Below, piece after piece: positions 34,994 through 36,351 of a stretch of DNA of 36,351 nt; positions within the stretch are counted from its first letter, which is position 1; every line of letters starts with the position of its first letter. A model generated the notes under the pieces. It did no database searches. It was not told the DNA's origin and saw only the letters and a list, made by a program, of their open reading frames with translations. Origin of the DNA: a virus. Its lineage: Duplodnaviria > Caudoviricetes. A program made the position numbers and the translations under genes. The stretch spans positions 1-36,351 of the IMG/VR virus record IMGVR_UViG_3300020409_000041. One strand, written 5' to 3'.

Positions 34994-35583
34994 TGAAATC
35001 TTACACACAATTTATAAAAGAAAATTATCATATACAAGAAAAGTTAGATGCAACTGTATATGGTCAGGTTAGATATGGTGCTCCTCCTGTTGAACCAAAA
35101 TCTAAATCTCAAATATCAAATATGGTTAGTAAAGGAATTGATGATTATAAATCAGGAAAACCTGTCCAACCACCAGGAAAATCAACAGCAAAAAAACGTA
35201 AGTTCTCATTTAGTGGATATGCAAATTTATCATATGAGAAAAAATCAGGTGGTGGAAAAACACCACCACCAACTAAAGTAAGACCAGATAAAACAACTGA
35301 TCCAAAAGGAACCAAAGTTAAACCAGATAAACCAAAAAATACAAATAAATCAGGTGGAACAAAAACTATTAAAACTACTAAAACAATTAAAACAGTTAAA
35401 GCAGTAAAAGGTAATGGTGGAAGACCTAATAAAACATCGACACCACCACCAAGCACCTCATCATCAAACACTAATGTATTAACAAAAGGATCTAATACCT
35501 CATCACCATCACCAAGCACAAGCGTATTACAAAAAGGTAAAACTAAACCCTCTATACCTGTAAGACCTGTAAGGGAAGTGTGA
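34993..35583 (+). CDS. Lys/Pro/Thr/Ser-rich low-complexity basic protein with capsid-targeting-like N-terminus (196 aa)
   Basis: MKSYTQFIKE N-terminus; internal repeats; TAATG and TGATG coupling to gp15 and gp16. Confidence 0.7.
   Translation: MKSYTQFIKENYHIQEKLDATVYGQVRYGAPPVEPKSKSQISNMVSKGIDDYKSGKPVQPPGKSTAKKRKFSFSGYANLSYEKKSGGGKTPPPTKVRPDKTTDPKGTKVKPDKPKNTNKSGGTKTIKTTKTIKTVKAVKGNGGRPNKTSTPPPSTSSSNTNVLTKGSNTSSPSPSTSVLQKGKTKPSIPVRPVREV
35361..35410 (+). repeat. degenerate 9-nt tandem repeat encoding KTI-KTT-KTI-KTV-KAV-K
   Basis: aaaactatt aaaactact aaaacaatt aaaacagtt aaagcagta aaa. Confidence 0.7.
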
Positions 35584-36002
35584 TGAAAAAAGGTTATGAC
35601 TCACTAAATGATGCTTTTAACACTGATGGAAGTGTTGAGGTAGATGCAATTGTGAAAGCAGATGAAGCACCTAAAGTTGATGAAGTTAAAAAAGATTATG
35701 ATTATACAAGAGGAAATTTATATTCACTTATAGAGAAAGGACAAGAAGCAATAAACGGTATTATGGAAGTTGCAGGAGAAACTGCAAGTCCAAGAGCATA
35801 TGAAGTTGCTGGTCAACTTATAAAATCTGTTGCGGATACCACAGATAAATTAGCAGATTTACATAAAAAAGTTAAAGAAATTGAAGAGGATAATCCAAAA
35901 AAACAAAACACAGTTACGAATAACGCATTATTCGTAGGTTCTACAAGTGAACTTTCAAAAATGTTAAAAGACGGATTACTAAATAATAATAGCTCTGAAT
36001 AG
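35583..36002 (+). CDS. gp16: terminase small subunit gp16
   Basis: DYDYTRGNLYSLIEKGQEA, SPRAYEVAGQLIK, NNALFVGSTSEL.K; ATG at 35583 overlaps the upstream TGA (GTG at 35580 is an alternative). Confidence 0.93.
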   Translation: MKKGYDSLNDAFNTDGSVEVDAIVKADEAPKVDEVKKDYDYTRGNLYSLIEKGQEAINGIMEVAGETASPRAYEVAGQLIKSVADTTDKLADLHKKVKEIEEDNPKKQNTVTNNALFVGSTSELSKMLKDGLLNNNSSE

Positions 36003-36010
36003 ACTACATA

Positions 36011-36351
36011 ATGGGAAAGACTTCCTGTAAAAAAGGACAATACTATTGTAACACTGACCAAAAGTGTAAACCCATTCCTGACGGATATAAAGTTCGTGAG
36101 GACGGAATTTTAGTATCTGAAGGTTCACTTCATAAATGGTTCAAGGGTTCTAAATCTAAAGATGGTAAAGGTGGATGGGTCAATGTGGTTACAGGTGGAA
36201 CTTGTGCGAGCGATGAACCAGGTGAGGGAACACCTAAATGCGTTTCTTCTGCAAAGAGAGCGAGTATGAGTAAGAAAGAAAGATTATCAGCAGCAAGAAG
36301 AAAGAAAAAGGCAGATCCAAATCAGCAATCTAAAAGAGGTGCTGCAAAACC
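36011..36351 (+). CDS. hypothetical Cys-containing basic protein (3'-truncated by window)
   Basis: Hand-translated MGKTSCKKGQYYCNTDQKCKPIPDGYKVREDGILVSEGSLHKWFKGSKSKDGKGGWVNVVTGGTCASDEPGEGTPKCVSSAKRASMSKKERLSAARRKKKADPNQQSKRGAAK..., open to window end; ACTAAATA late-promoter variant at 35978-35985. Confidence 0.8.
   Translation, partial: MGKTSCKKGQYYCNTDQKCKPIPDGYKVREDGILVSEGSLHKWFKGSKSKDGKGGWVNVVTGGTCASDEPGEGTPKCVSSAKRASMSKKERLSAARRKKKADPNQQSKRGAAK

Noticed and set aside
35048-36061. ORFs 35048 (+), 35145 (-) and 35813 (-)
   Set aside because: By-products of low-complexity sequence or antisense to gp16

Overview
AT-rich segment of a T4-like marine cyanomyovirus (Kyanoviridae-type, resembling Prochlorococcus P-SSM2-like phages); all supported genes are on the + strand. 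Bases 1-1211 hold small early-type ORFs separated by stem-loop/sigma70-promoter cassettes. A structured non-coding region (1211-1445) follows. Bases 1446-4440 are an accessory cluster: an AbrB/MazE-like regulator, two apparent paralogous small proteins, a GT-A glycosyltransferase-like protein, two micro membrane peptides, a basic RYRGQGR peptide, a conserved hypothetical protein and speD. From a TATAAATA late promoter at 4443 the virion module runs gp25, gp6, a 4377-aa gp7-like protein, gp8, a 2503-aa VrlC-like protein, fibre genes, gp13, gp14, gp15 and gp16. Most notable: (i) two inserted ORFs start with a T4 internal-protein capsid-targeting-like sequence (MKTFQQFMEQ, MKSYTQFIKE), so they are candidate packaged/injected effectors; (ii) the hairpin- and repeat-rich intergenic element at 1211-1445; (iii) repeated promoter/stem-loop cassettes; (iv) several small ORFs missed by the ORF track; (v) extensive module sharing among the structural proteins. 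Family assignments come from recognising motifs and synteny, not from database searches.
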